64,000 bases of DNA from Hyaloraphidium curvatum SAG 235-1 (taxonomy: Eukaryota; Fungi; Monoblepharomycota). The notes beneath the pieces were generated by a model. That model was not told the origin of the DNA and did no database searches. It was given only the letters and a program-made list of their open reading frames with translations. The stretch is from NCBI GenBank assembly GCA_025558095.1, contig JAIVFI010000003.1, forward strand, positions 744,001 to 808,000. The letters are read 5' to 3'. A program made the translations under genes and the position numbers. Shown here piece by piece: positions 25,587 through 38,195 of the stretch; within the stretch, counting starts at the first letter, position 1; the number at the start of each line of letters is the position of its first letter.

Positions 25587-27149
25587 CTATCTTCGGGCCA
25601 CGTCGATCGGCGCGTCCTGCCCGAGCACCATCTCCGTGGATCCGATCGAACCGTGCCGACCGGCAACGCCTTCCGGAGGCGTCAGGACGAACCCAAAGTC
25701 GCGACAAAAAGCACCCACCGAACGTCGTCCAGCTCGTTACTTTGTTGTTGGGCTCGATCGAGGGCCAGCTGATCCCGTTCGCCTTTCGCAGGATCACCTC
25801 GACTTTGGTCCCGAACACGGTGAACGTGGACTCGCCGGGACGGATCGGCTGGCGAAACAAAGGTCACGACAGCCGGGCTTATGGAAACAAAGTCGCCTAC
25901 CTGGGTCAGCGGGGTGTCAAAATCGAAGGCCTTCCCGTCCTTGAAGACAAGGTTCACGCTCAGCTGTAAGGCGTCAGGCGGCGGTCCCTGCAGCTCCCAC
26001 TGAGGTCAACACACCCTCTGATCCTGGAACGTGACCTTGGATGCCTCCTTGTCGACGTTTTTCGCGTAAAAGGTGATGATGACCGTGGTCTGAGTTTGGT
26101 AAAAGTCGTGGCGAACCTGGACCTGTTGCTTCGCGACGACCTCGGCGGCTTCCGGCTACACCAGGCTGTCAACAAGCGGCTCACGTGCTGCAAGAAAAAC
26201 TGCCCACAGTTGCAGCGTCCAGGAACCGGTGAAGCCCCTTCTTGCAGCCAGGCAGCTTCAGGAACTGGACAATAGATGAGCAGGCTTGCACCGTGCCGGC
26301 GCCGTCCTTCGCACCTGGTCAAACTCGAGCACCCTCCGCGTGCAGCAAAGGTACCCCTTGCTCCCCTCGTGGAAAATCGCCACCCCCGGGTGAAACTGGC
26401 ACTCCTCGGCGCGCGACTCGGGACCCGCGTACTCCTTCCCGCACCCGCGCCGCTTGCACTTTGCCCCGGAAGGGATCTCGGCATCCGGCGGGTCATTCAG
26501 GTCCTCCTCCTTCGGCCCGGCATCGGCGGGCGCGGGCGGCGGTGTATCGACCGAGGACGGCGCCGGCTTTGCGGGCTCCGGGCCCGCAGAGTAGACCTCG
26601 ACGCGCTCGCCCCCGTCGCTCGCCTGCGAGGTCGAGGTGACCTTCGGCGCCGCCATCGCCGGCTTTGCCGCGCCCATGTCCCCGGCGGTCGGTTTCGGGG
26701 CCCCGGGGACGTGCTTGTGCCGGCCCACGGTGCACCCGGGGATGGCGAGGAACTCCTCGAAGCCGACGACGCGCTTCTTGCAGCACGACCAGCCCTTTGC
26801 GCCCTCGTGGAAGATCGGGCCTGCCCACAGCGAGGGAAACCGACGATCCGGCGGGGAGATTTGGTTAGGCCGGGTGCGCGATTGACAGGCGGGAACGCAC
26901 CCTGGGGATGGTACTCGCACGCCGTGTCGTTGTTCTGGCCAAGACCGGGGCAAAATCGGCGGGAAACGGGGAAATGCATCCACGTCAGTGCCGTGCGGAG
27001 GTCGGAGGCGCGTCGCGGCGGCTCTCGGGCCCGCGATGGCACGCGACGGTGGGAGTTCCACTGACTTCGAGCTCCGAGAAAACCTTGCCGCATCCGTTGT
27101 TGGTGCACGCCAGGCGCGCAGATGGGTCCGGCTGCGCGTCTCCCGACAT
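25587..27149 (-). CDS. CHORDC1: CHORD-domain Hsp90 co-chaperone (two CHORD domains plus a CS domain)
   Basis: CTNNGCGK...CEYHP.GPIFHEGAKGWSCC, CKRRGCGK...CQFHPGVAIFHEGSKGYLCC, and the CS domain RHDFYQT...GTKVEVILRKANGISW. Confidence 0.92.
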
Positions 27150-27223
27150 TTCTGCGGCGCAGCAGACGCGGTGCGGGGCGAATGCGGTTCTGCGGAAGGG
27201 GTGGCCGGCGCGTGATGATTGTT

Positions 27224-27232
27224 GCGCGGGAC
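27224..27232 (+). promoter_or_regulatory. Representative copy of a recurrent (G)CGCGGGAC upstream motif
   Basis: The same 8-9-mer occurs near gene starts at 16603, 25215, 27224, 34802, 57661, 60435 and 62796. Confidence 0.4.
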
Positions 27233-27259
27233 TTGCAATTTTCGGGCTCGCTCCGCGAG

Positions 27260-27291
27260 ATGTCGGGCCGGTTCGAGGGCTTCCGTCGGCC

Positions 27292-27323
<32 letters not shown>

Positions 27324-30300
27324 GCGATGGCCGCGACTTCCGCGAGCGCGACGCGCGCGACCCGCGGCGGCGCGAGGAGTGGGCGGCGCCGCCGCGCGAC
27401 CCGCGCGACGAATGGCACCGCCGCGACCCGCGCGACTACCGCGACCCGCGCGAGCCGCCGCGGGAGCCGATGCGGGAGCCCATGCGGGACGTGAGGGAGC
27501 CGCTGCGGGACGTGCGCGAGCCGCTGAGGGAGCCCATGCGCGACCTGCGCGAACCGCTGCGGGAGCCAATGAGGGAGCCAATGAGGGAGCCAATGAGGGA
27601 GCCAATGAGGGAGCCAATGAGGGAACCTATGAGGGAACCTATGAGAGAGCCCATGAGGGAGCCCATGATGAGGGAGCCCATGAGGGAGCCGATGAGGGAG
27701 CCTATGAGGGAGCCGATGCGGGATCCGATGCGGGAGCCCATGCAGCCCATGCGGGACATGAGGGAGCCCATGCGGGAGCCCCACGCCCCGCCCGGCGTGC
27801 TGCGTTTTGCTCGGCCCATGCCCGGCGTCGCCGACTTTGGCTTCTTCCGGGACCGTGCGGCTCCGCGGCCGTCAATGGTGGCCCGGCCGCCACAGCGCCC
27901 CTCGATGGTCGCCAGGCCGCCGCAGCCCACCCCGCGGCCGTCGATGATGGCTGGGTACAGGCCGCGGCCGCCCCCGCCGATGCGGTCGCCCGACTACGGC
28001 CGCAGAGACCAGCGCGAGCGGGAGGACGCTTTTCGCAGGCCGCCACCGCGTTTCCGTCCAGAGGAGACCCGTTTCAAACCCGGCGTTATGCCCGTGCGGG
28101 ACCAACTGCCCACATCGCAGGCGAGCTCGCCGAGGGACGCCGGTGAAGCGCCGTCTCGGGGCGATGAGGGCCCCGAGGACCGCGATCGCGACGATCGGGA
28201 CCGCCAGGACGACCGGGCCGGCCCGGCGGACGACGGCGAGGGCTACGACGGTTCCGAGGACGGCAGGGACAATTTCGACCGCCGTGACCGCGGTGACTCG
28301 GAGGGCATGGACATCGAAACGACCATCGACAGGCTGGACACGGACATTGCCCGCTTCGAGAAGCTCCTCGAGATCGTTCGCATGCAGCGCGGGCCGTCGT
28401 CCCCGGCCGCTGGCGACCAGGGGCGGCCCGAGTCGCCGTACCCGGGCGAACAGGCCCAGGAGCAGGAGGTCGGCGAACCCGGAGCCGAATCGGCGTCGAG
28501 CGAGGAAGAGGGCTCGGACCGCTCCTCGGAATCCGGCGACGCCTCCGAGTCCGAGGCTTCGACCGCCGACCCGCACGAGCCCCTGTTCGAGAGCATCTAC
28601 GCGCAAAACCGGCGCCTCGCCACCAAGCGCGCCGGAAACCTGAGCACCCGCGCCTCCTCCATCGTGCCGGACTTTGCCGCGTTAGCTGCCATGGCCCTGC
28701 AAGAGAAGGAGCCATCAGAAATGGCCGTGTACAGGGCGAACGAGGCACGCCACGTCGCGCAGCGCGAGAGGATCGCGCACATTGTGTTCTTGCGGAAGCA
28801 GCAGATGCTGGAGAAGCGGATGCAGCTGCGCGAGGCGTTCGAGCGGGCTCTCGAGTCGTGGCGGAGAAAGGTATACCGACGATGTTCGCCCTTCCCATCG
28901 CAGGCAAATTCTGACCGTTATTTTTGCAGGTTGCTCGCACGGAAGACCGCATCCGCCGGGAAAAGTTCGGCATCGGCATTGTCGACGGACCCTCTGTCAA
29001 GGGCTCCTCCTCCTCCCGCTCACGCCGCAGCACCGGCTTCAGCTCGGACGTCGTCCGGTCCGAGGCCGAGTTCGAGGACCTCCTCGCGCAGCTGCAGGCC
29101 CGCGAGGCCATGGAGCACGGCCAGGAAGGCGACTCACCCCGCTGGGCCCGCGACGTGCCGATGGAGCTGGATTACGACGAGAAATGGCGGCGCAAGTTCC
29201 GCGACTACAACAACGCCGTGACGGACCCCGTGGGCGACGAGCGCCGGCGGTTCCTCGACGTGGTGTGGACAGAGGAGGAGCAGGCCATCTTCCGCCAGAA
29301 GCTCGGCTACTACGGCAAGGACTTCCCGCGCATTTCCAAGTTCCTGCCGAGCAAGACCTGGAACGACTGCGTCAACTACTTTTACCGCAACAAGTACCGC
29401 ATGGGGCTGAAGCAGGTCGCCCGCCGCAGCGCCTCCGGTTACTGGTACGGCGGACGCCGGGGGCGGGTCGTTCAGCAGGCGAGGTACGCCCCCAAGGAGG
29501 ACGAGGGGGAGATCGAGTACGGGGGCGGGAGCGGGAGGGGATACCGTGGACGCGGGGGCAGGGTCGAGGGCAGGGCGGGGAAGCCGGCGAGGTCGAGGAG
29601 GCAGTCTGAGCATGCTGCATCGGACGAGGAGGGCGAGCAAGGGGGCCAGGCTCCGGCCCAGGCAGAGGACGGTGCGCAGGAGGAAGGCGCGCAAGAAGAA
29701 GCCGCTCAAGAGGAGGGCGTGCGGGACGAAGCTGCGCAGGAGGATGGTGCGCTGCACGAGGTTGTGCAGGAGGAGATCGCGCCGGAAGCGACTGCGCTGG
29801 CAAACGCAGACGTCGGCGAGCCTATGGCGACGGACGACGCCGTGCCGGAGCAAGCCGCGGCGGAGGAGGAACCGCTCCAGGACGCGAGGCCCGAGGATTC
29901 GCAGACGGACGAAGGCAAGCCGGAAGAAGAGGAGCAGGAAAACGGTGACACGGAGCCGGACGTGGAGCCCGGGGACGAAGGGCCCGCTACCGCCCCCAGG
30001 GCAAAGCGGCCGCGAACTGACGGGGACACTGATGGTGAGAAGAGCGGTGCGCGGAGGACGCCCTCTTCGTATTGGTCCGTCGCGGAGAAGCAGGCTTTCA
30101 TGGACTCCATTTCCCGGCGCGGTCTGGACTGGGACGGGGTTGCTCAGGACTTAGGCACAAAGACCGCTACCCAAGTTCGCAATTTCTTCCACAACTTTCG
30201 GATGAAGCTGAATCTGGACATGCTGCTCCCGGGATATGTGGAGCAGCCGGCGGCGGAGGATGCCGCGGGCCAAGCGCCAAAGGAGGGCAGACCTGCGGAC

Positions 30301-30609
30301 GCTCCGCCGGATGAGGCTGCTGCGCATGCCCAGAACCAGCTGCCGCCCCGAGGCACATTCACCGACACACGGATGTCCCTCTCGCCAGCCGTGGCCCCGG
30401 CTGTTGCGCCGAAAGCGGCAGCGGAGGAGGTCGCGGACGAGGTGGCGGATTTAAAATCTCAATCGAGCGCGGACCCCGTGCCTCCACTCGATTTGGACGA
30501 GGCGCGCACGGAATCCTCGCCGCATGTGGAGCCCTCGCCGCATGTGGAGCCCTCTCCGCCGCATGGGGAAAGATCCGATGTAATGAGCTTGTCAGCATTG
30601 GTCGACTAA
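27260..30609 (+). CDS. Snt1 / N-CoR-like double-SANT corepressor (Set3C/HDAC complex)
   Basis: SIYAQNRR, DVVRSEAEFEDLL, SANT1 WTEEEQAIF...KDF..I...L..KTWNDCVNYFYRNK and SANT2 SSYWSVAEK...LGTKTATQVRNFF. One intron near 28872-28929. Confidence 0.85.
27461..27781 (+). repeat. Coding 12-bp minisatellite (ATGAGGGAGCCN and variants) encoding more than 20 (M/L)REP units
   Basis: Directly visible tandem array, e.g. atgagggagcca repeated. Confidence 0.95.
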
Positions 30610-30690
30610 TGCAGAGGCGATCCATTCGCCGTCAGAATACAGAGAGGCGCGATCCGATTCGCAACCCCGTCAGCCATGATAAAGTCAGAA

Positions 30691-32760
30691 TCAGTGGTGC
30701 GCGTACTTCTCCAGACCCGCGACGTCGAACCCTGCAAAGCACGGGCCGCACGTCAGTTCCGCAGCTCCGAACTGACCCGCGGTAGGGAAGCTCACCGGGC
30801 ATGGGGTACGACGTTGCAAAGGAGATCACCTTCTCCCTCAAGGCCTTCACGTCCGGGTGCGACTCCGCGGCGGCGACAAAGTCCTTGACCAGCTTCCCGG
30901 AAGTCTTCTGGATCTCGAGCGCGATCGTGGCTGCCTGGTGCAGGAACTCGGCTACCTGCTCAAAGTCGGCCTCCTTCATACTCCGAGACGTGAGCGCCGG
31001 AGCGCCGACCCGAACGCCGCCGGGAACGAGAGCGCTGGTGTCGCCGTGCACAGCGTTCTTGTTGACCGTGATGTTCACGAGGTCGCAGATCTTCTCCATT
31101 TTGCTCCCCGTCAGGCTCTGCGGCCGCAAGTCCCAGAGCACCAGGTGGTTGTCCGTCCCGTCCGTCACGCACTTGTAGCCGTGGGACTTCAGCCTCTCGG
31201 CTAGGGCACTCGCGTTGGCGCGGACCTGCTTGCTGTACTGCTTCCAGCTGGGGCTAGCGACCTGCTTCAGCGCCACCGCGACGGCTGCGATGACGTTGTT
31301 GTGGGGACCGCCCTGCGTGGACGGGAACACGGCCTGGTTGACCTTCTCCTCCAGGTCCGAGTTCTTCTCGCCCTTGGGCGCCCTGCGGAAGAAGATGAGG
31401 CCGGAACGCGGGCCACGCAGAGTCTGCGACGGAGAGTGAGCTTGCAAGCCGCGGAAAGCAGCGGACATTCTCAGACCTTGTGGGTCGTCGTGGTGACCAG
31501 GTCGCAGTACTCGAACGGGTTGCTCTGCTCCTGAGCAGCGACCAGACCGCTGATGTGCGCCATGTCCATCAGGAGGTAAGCGCTGTTCTCGTCGGCGATC
31601 TGGTGAAGGCACATTCCGTCAGTCCCTCGACCACACGATCGTCCCTTTCAGCCGCTGAAAAAGGCCGCTCAGTGCGGTTCTGATTTTTCTTCGTCACGTC
31701 GAATCCGGCTTTGCAGATGACATCTTCGCGAGCCCCATGTTCCCTCGGTCCCGGCGCGAGTCTCACCTCACGCAGACGCTTGTAGTCCCAGTCGCGCGGG
31801 TACGCGCTGGCGCCGCAAATGATCATCTTGGGCCTGAACAGCTTGGCGTTCTGCTGCAGGCGGTCATAGTCGATGTATCCGGTTTTCTGGCAGGAGGACG
31901 TGTCAGCGGGTGTCCGTGACCCCTTTCACGATCGTCCCACCATGTCGACTTGGTAGGGCATCGACTCGAAGAAGATCGCAGAAGCAGAAATCTTCTTCTT
32001 GACGGTCGCATAGCCGTGGGTGAGACTGCGGACGGAATCACGTGTCAAGACTCCTTTGGACATCCACTTCGGCCGGCACCCACTGGCCGCCCGAGGGAAG
32101 GTCCAAGCCCATGATACGGTCGTGGGGCTGAAGAACACCGGTAAAGACCGCAAAGTTGGCGGGGCTCCCTGCAGGTGGCGTTAGGTGCAAGCGACGTCGA
32201 GCGAAGCGACGTGACTTGCCAGAGTAGGGCTGAACGTTGACGCCCCACTGTTCCGGGGAGAGGTTGAAAGCCTCCAAAGCCCTCTTGCGGCACAGCTCTT
32301 CGACCTGGTCAATGAATTCGTTGCCGCCGTAGTAACGAGCTCCAGGCAGGCCTGGACCGCAGCCCGTCAGTCGGTCCGCAGCGCAGAGCTCCAGCGAAGC
32401 ACGGGCAATAAAGACCTTCCGAGTACTTGTTGGTCAGCGCGGAACCATTGGCCTCCATGACGGCCTGCGAGGTGAAGTTCTGCGGGGCACCCGCTGTTTA
32501 TCCTCGGTACCAAAGCCCCAGCGCCGGCAACGAACCTCGCTGGCAATAAGTTCCAGGCAACTGTACTGCCTGTACTTCTCTTGCTGAATGAGGTTGTAAA
32601 TCTCCGGGTCCTCATCCTTAAGCGGGGTGTTCAGGCACGAGTTCTGGCGGGGACAGAATCTCCGTCAAGACCCCGGGCCACGAAGAACTCCGGGTGTCCG
32701 CCGTACCCAGGGATCAACGGGCTTCGAGACGTGCGACGCGGTGCCATTGACGGCCGCCAT
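30691..32760 (-). CDS. SHM2: Serine hydroxymethyltransferase (no evident mitochondrial presequence, probably cytosolic)
   Basis: LELIASE|NFTS, NKYSEG|[17 protein letters not shown]|SPANF, PLP-lysine motif TTTTHK|TLRGPR, QGGPHN and GTDNHL. Confidence 0.97.
31619..31697 (-). ncRNA. Candidate intronic box C/D snoRNA in a 167-nt SHMT intron
   Basis: Sense strand reads GTGACGA (C-like), 18 nt, CTGA (D'), hairpin, GGACGA (C'-like), 16 nt, CTGA (D); 79 nt in total. Confidence 0.4.
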
Positions 32761-33115
32761 TGTGTCTACCAGAGCGGAAGCTACAGAGAACGCGACTGTG
32801 TTTTTCAGCGTGGCATCACCACGGCGCCAAGTTTGCCCCACAAGCCCGGTGGCGCTCGAGCCACTCCTCCCCTGTCGCGGAGAGCAGGATAGAACATGCC
32901 CCGATCAGGGAGTAAACGCTTGCGAAGCAGCCAACGCGAGAATCCGCTCCCTGGAAGTGGGATCAAAGTTCACCATCTTGTCCCGGCGAAATACGATCGG
33001 ACCGCTTTACCTGACCCAGGAATCACCGAGCGGTCGTATCCACTCAGCTCAGCGACGCAGATACCGAGCACCGCGTGCCAGATGGTGACGAATGCCGCGA
33101 AATCCCGTCCGCAAC

Positions 33116-34743
33116 CTAAGTACCCGAAGATCCAAACTCCGCGCTGAATGCCTCCAGGTCCCGGACGTTCTGCTCCGCAACGGATCGTCGGATGACCTTC
33201 AATGCGCTGGCAAAATCCTCGAACGATATGGGCCGCAGCTGACTCGCGGATAGATTCAGCACCCTGTCGCCAGCAGCCCGGATGGGTCCCAAGGCTGCCT
33301 CCTTGGCTGCGATGCAGTGTCAGCAAATCGACAGCGCACGATTGGCGTGCATCGTACCGAGGGCGGTGAGATCACTTCCAGAGTATCCATCCGTCAACGT
33401 GACCAGCTTCTTGATGTCTCGATCCTTCAAGGATGCGGTCTGATCGCGCAGGAGATTCCGCAGCAGTTGCTCCCGTGTCTCCGCGTCCGGAAGCGGAATG
33501 TATATCCTCTTGACAAAGCGGCGCCGAGCTGCCTCGTCCTGCACAGGCACCGTCATTCCCGCAGTCCCATGGAGAGTATGGATTTACCCACAAGGTCTTG
33601 AGGCCGATTCGTTGCCCCAATGACGAGAACCCTGTCCTCTGTGCTGGAGAACATCCCGTCAAACTGCACAAGAAACTCGGTCTTGAGTCGCCTCGTCGCT
33701 TCATTCTCGCCCTCGCCCCGGCTCGCGAGGATGGAATCGACCTCATCTAACGGGGACCGTGAGCATGCAAGACGATGGATGTAGCGTCGACTTACCAATG
33801 AAGATGATCGAGGGCTGAACATGACGAGCGCAGGCAAAAAGCGCCCTGACCATCTTCTCGGACTCACCGACGAATTTGGACGTGAGGCTCGAGGCAGAGA
33901 TGGAGAAGAATATGGCCTTCGAGGCCGTCGCGAGAGCCTGGGTGGTCCGAGGTGTTATGCTGCATCACAACGTCCTCTGCGCACCAGCTCACTCTTGCAA
34001 GCATAGTCTTGCCCGTCCCAGGGGGGCCGTAGAGCAAAAGCCCCTGGGACGGAGCGCGCAAACCGGTGAAGAGGTCGGGCCTCAGAAAGGGCAAGATAAC
34101 CAGCTCCCTGAGAGCCTGCTTGGCTGCAGTCAGGCCGGCTAATCTCGTGTGAGCGTGAATCGACGACGTGAGACCCCGTGACCAACCGATATCGCCCCAC
34201 GCGACCCCAGGCTTGTCCACGACGACTTCATTGAGAATCCGGATTGCCATAGTCGAATCCACGTTCGACTTCTTCAGCTCCTGCAGCGTCGACTTTGCGT
34301 CGATCTTTGGCCTCGCCGGTTGCACGAGATGTTGGGTCGCTGAACCCGAGTTTAGCTCGCGCCTGGGCGATCGGGGACACGACGTGCCTTGGTTCGTCTT
34401 GAGATCGCGGATTCGCTCCTCAACCTGCGCCAGAGTCTTCCTCATTTGCGCCTCGGCAGCACAGGCTTCGGCTCCCCTGATAGTCGTTTCAGATTCGGCA
34501 GCGAAACCACGGCGCGTGAACGCACCGATCGCTGTCCTTCGCCGTGCTTCCCTCCAAAGCGGCTCGCAAGCATTCTCTCCCAAGCTCGTATTCTCGCAGA
34601 GCTGTTGTCCGGTTCCCAGGTCCCGCGCCCTCCAGATCCAGGGCTCGCGAAATGTGCGCGTAGGCTTCCTGCCGCAGAGCCTGGCGGCTCTTCGTGGACA
34701 TCGATGCGTCTGCCGGGGCTTTGCTTCCCCTAAGTCCGAACAT
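33116..34743 (-). CDS. SPAST: Spastin-like microtubule-severing AAA ATPase with an N-terminal MIT domain
   Basis: [12 protein letters not shown] (MIT), [50 protein letters not shown] and [17 protein letters not shown]. Confidence 0.88.
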
Positions 34744-34838
34744 CTTTCGTTGCTTTGAACATCGCGAGCGGAGGGAAACGGAGTCTCCGCGCGCGCGTTG
34801 GGTCCCGCGTTCCATTCCAACACCGAACAGCACCCACA

Positions 34839-36047
<1,209 letters not shown>

Positions 36048-36174
36048 AGGCCCAGTATCCTGAATACCAGCGAACTTTGTCTATACCAAAAGAATACAAG
36101 GAGAAAAGAAAGCAAAAGGAGTATGACAAAGGTCCGGAGCACACGTCCCAAGAGCCATTCGCCGACAGGGTGCG

Positions 36175-37636
36175 CTACGAAATGAAGGCTTTCCGGGCCT
36201 GGTCAATCGTGAACAGCTGTCCCGTCCGCGGACACTTGATCTGGCCGCCGTGCATCGCCGCGATATCTTGCAAAGCCTGTTCGCATCACCAGTTAGCAGA
36301 AGACAGCAGCGCGTTCGGAGGCGACGAACCTGAAGGGAGTAAACGTAGCCATTCGGAAGCACCATCGGAGGATTGTGCTCATCCATAATGTCGCCGGTCA
36401 CGCGGCACACGATGCACGAGTTGACATGGTGCGCGTTGGGCAGCTTCTGAGCAAGCGCTCCAAACGTGTCAGCGGCGCAGACGGGGCAGTTCATGTTCTG
36501 GTTGTCCGATTGGTAGCACTGCGGGGTGCGCAGGGCTGCCAGCCCGCCTTGAAGGGTCATTTCCAGAAGGGAGACGGATGTGAGGGAATTTAGGCTGTAG
36601 TTATCTTGCCGGAACTGTTCGACGAGCTGGCTCCAGCGCTCAGAATCGTACAGTTTCTGAAAGGTGTGAGAATGCGGTGCACGGCGTAGGTTCTCAGCCT
36701 CACTTTGTACAAATCGCACGCCGTATCGGACCGAAAGGCAAGAAGGGCCATCGCTTGCTGGATGTCGACCATATGGTTCTCTGAGAACGTCGCGAGATGT
36801 TTTCGCGCGTAATCGATAGCTTCCGCGAGGCGCCGCGAGCGCGCCAGCTCAACAAACTCCTGGAGCCGAAGCTGGAACTCGAGGGTGCTCTGCGGTCGGA
36901 GCGTCGTCAAGGTGCGGATCGAAAAGAGTCCGAACGAACGAACCTTCAGCTTCCGCAAATTGGACCTGTTCTCGGCGCACCATGCGAGCGCCTCGGAACA
37001 GCTATGCCGCGCTAAAGAGTCCTCAATAACCTTGGCCTGCGCGAAAAGCTCGATGTCGACCAGAGACTGGTGAAAACGTCAGGTCCAGTCGCACGTCAAG
37101 CCGCACCTCAACCTGCTGGTCGCACGCACCTCAATGTTTGCATCCTTGGCTAGCTTCTCTGCCGTAGCTGTGCAGCCGTTCCGGAGCACGTAGTCGACCA
37201 GCATGCGGTCGAGCCGAGTCTTGCTCCAGTGCTGGTATGCGTCCGTGTCCATGAACTGGATGTCGGCGAGCTCCTCCAAGTGATCCAGCCTCTGCTTGGT
37301 CCTCGAGGTGTACAGAGCCTCCTCCTGCTTCGTTTCCTTGAGCTTCCTCTTCAACTTCTGCAGCCGCTCGACCATGGCATCCAGGGTCCTGTAGGCATCC
37401 TCCGAGTTCACTGCCCCGTGCGTCGCCTTGTTGGCCAGATCGGAGACCCCGTTGCTGAGCGTGGTGAGCTCCTTCTCAATGTATTTCTGCGACGTGCGCG
37501 CGGCCCTCTTGAGTTGCTCGAACGGCAGCTTGGGGGAGGTGAGGGGGATCCTTCCCGGAGCGCCGCACGCGCCTACCTTGATGAGGGGCTGCTCCAGCTG
37601 GATCAGGCCTTCGGTCTGTAGCTTGACGGACGCCAT
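36175..37636 (-). CDS. FYV10: GID/CTLH E3 ligase subunit Fyv10/Gid9 (MAEA)
   Basis: LEQPLIK|LPFEQL, LisH RLDRMLVDYVLR, LEFQLRLQEFVEL, LRTPQC, CPVC and degenerate RING PMVLPNGYVYS...CPRTG. Confidence 0.9.
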
Positions 37637-38195
37637 GCTGAGCGCGCCGCGGGCCTGACGCGCCGGACAGCGTCACTCCGGCGGGTGCGTGCACGCGCAC
37701 AGCACGCGCCCTCCCGCGCCGCGTTGTCCCATCAACACCGGAGAGGTGCGACTCCAACAAAGCAACAAACAACTGCCGGAAGAGCGGCTGCATCGGGCTC
37801 TGCTCGCCAAAGCGCGCACCGCCTTCATCGGGCTCGGCCGCTGCGCCTGGGCAGATCTGCGCCGCCCGGCGGAAACGACCACCCACGCGTCCCGGACCCA
37901 ACAACCCTAGTGCCGCGGCACAGGGGGGCAGCCTCGGGTTGAGTTGAAGCCCCTGGCACATCTGCGACGTTGCCCTCCTCGGCCTTGAGGGCGGGCGACT
38001 CAGGGCAGTTGTTTACGGGGTCGGGGCCAGCTCGGACTTCACACCGGCCTTGGCATTGCAGCGCTCTGCCTATGGTCTACAGCAAGGTCCTCTCTCTCTG
38101 AAAGGGTCCTTCACTTGCACCTGGCGCCCTGTGCTTTGGTGCTGGACATTGCTCCACTCAACCCCGGCCCAGGCGAAGTCATTGCGTCTGCAAAC

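Noticed and set aside
27461-27781. Tandem array considered as CRISPR or telomeric repeat
   Set aside because: It has 12-bp units without spacers, lies in frame within a protein and varies at synonymous positions: a coding minisatellite.
26258-27784. 508-aa minus-strand ORF with PHGL/PHWL repeats apparently fused to CHORD
   Set aside because: The repeat is the reverse complement of the MREP array. The CHORD gene has its own ATG at 27149, and this frame runs through its introns.
31600-31766. ZTP, THF, glycine or TPP riboswitch in the SHMT intron
   Set aside because: Attractive given the host gene, but I could not find the consensus cores of these aptamers; a C/D box layout fits better.
37880-38020. 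MCB-like ACGCGT and forkhead-like TGTTTAC sites upstream of CDH1
   Set aside because: Single short matches that cannot be distinguished from chance without comparative data.
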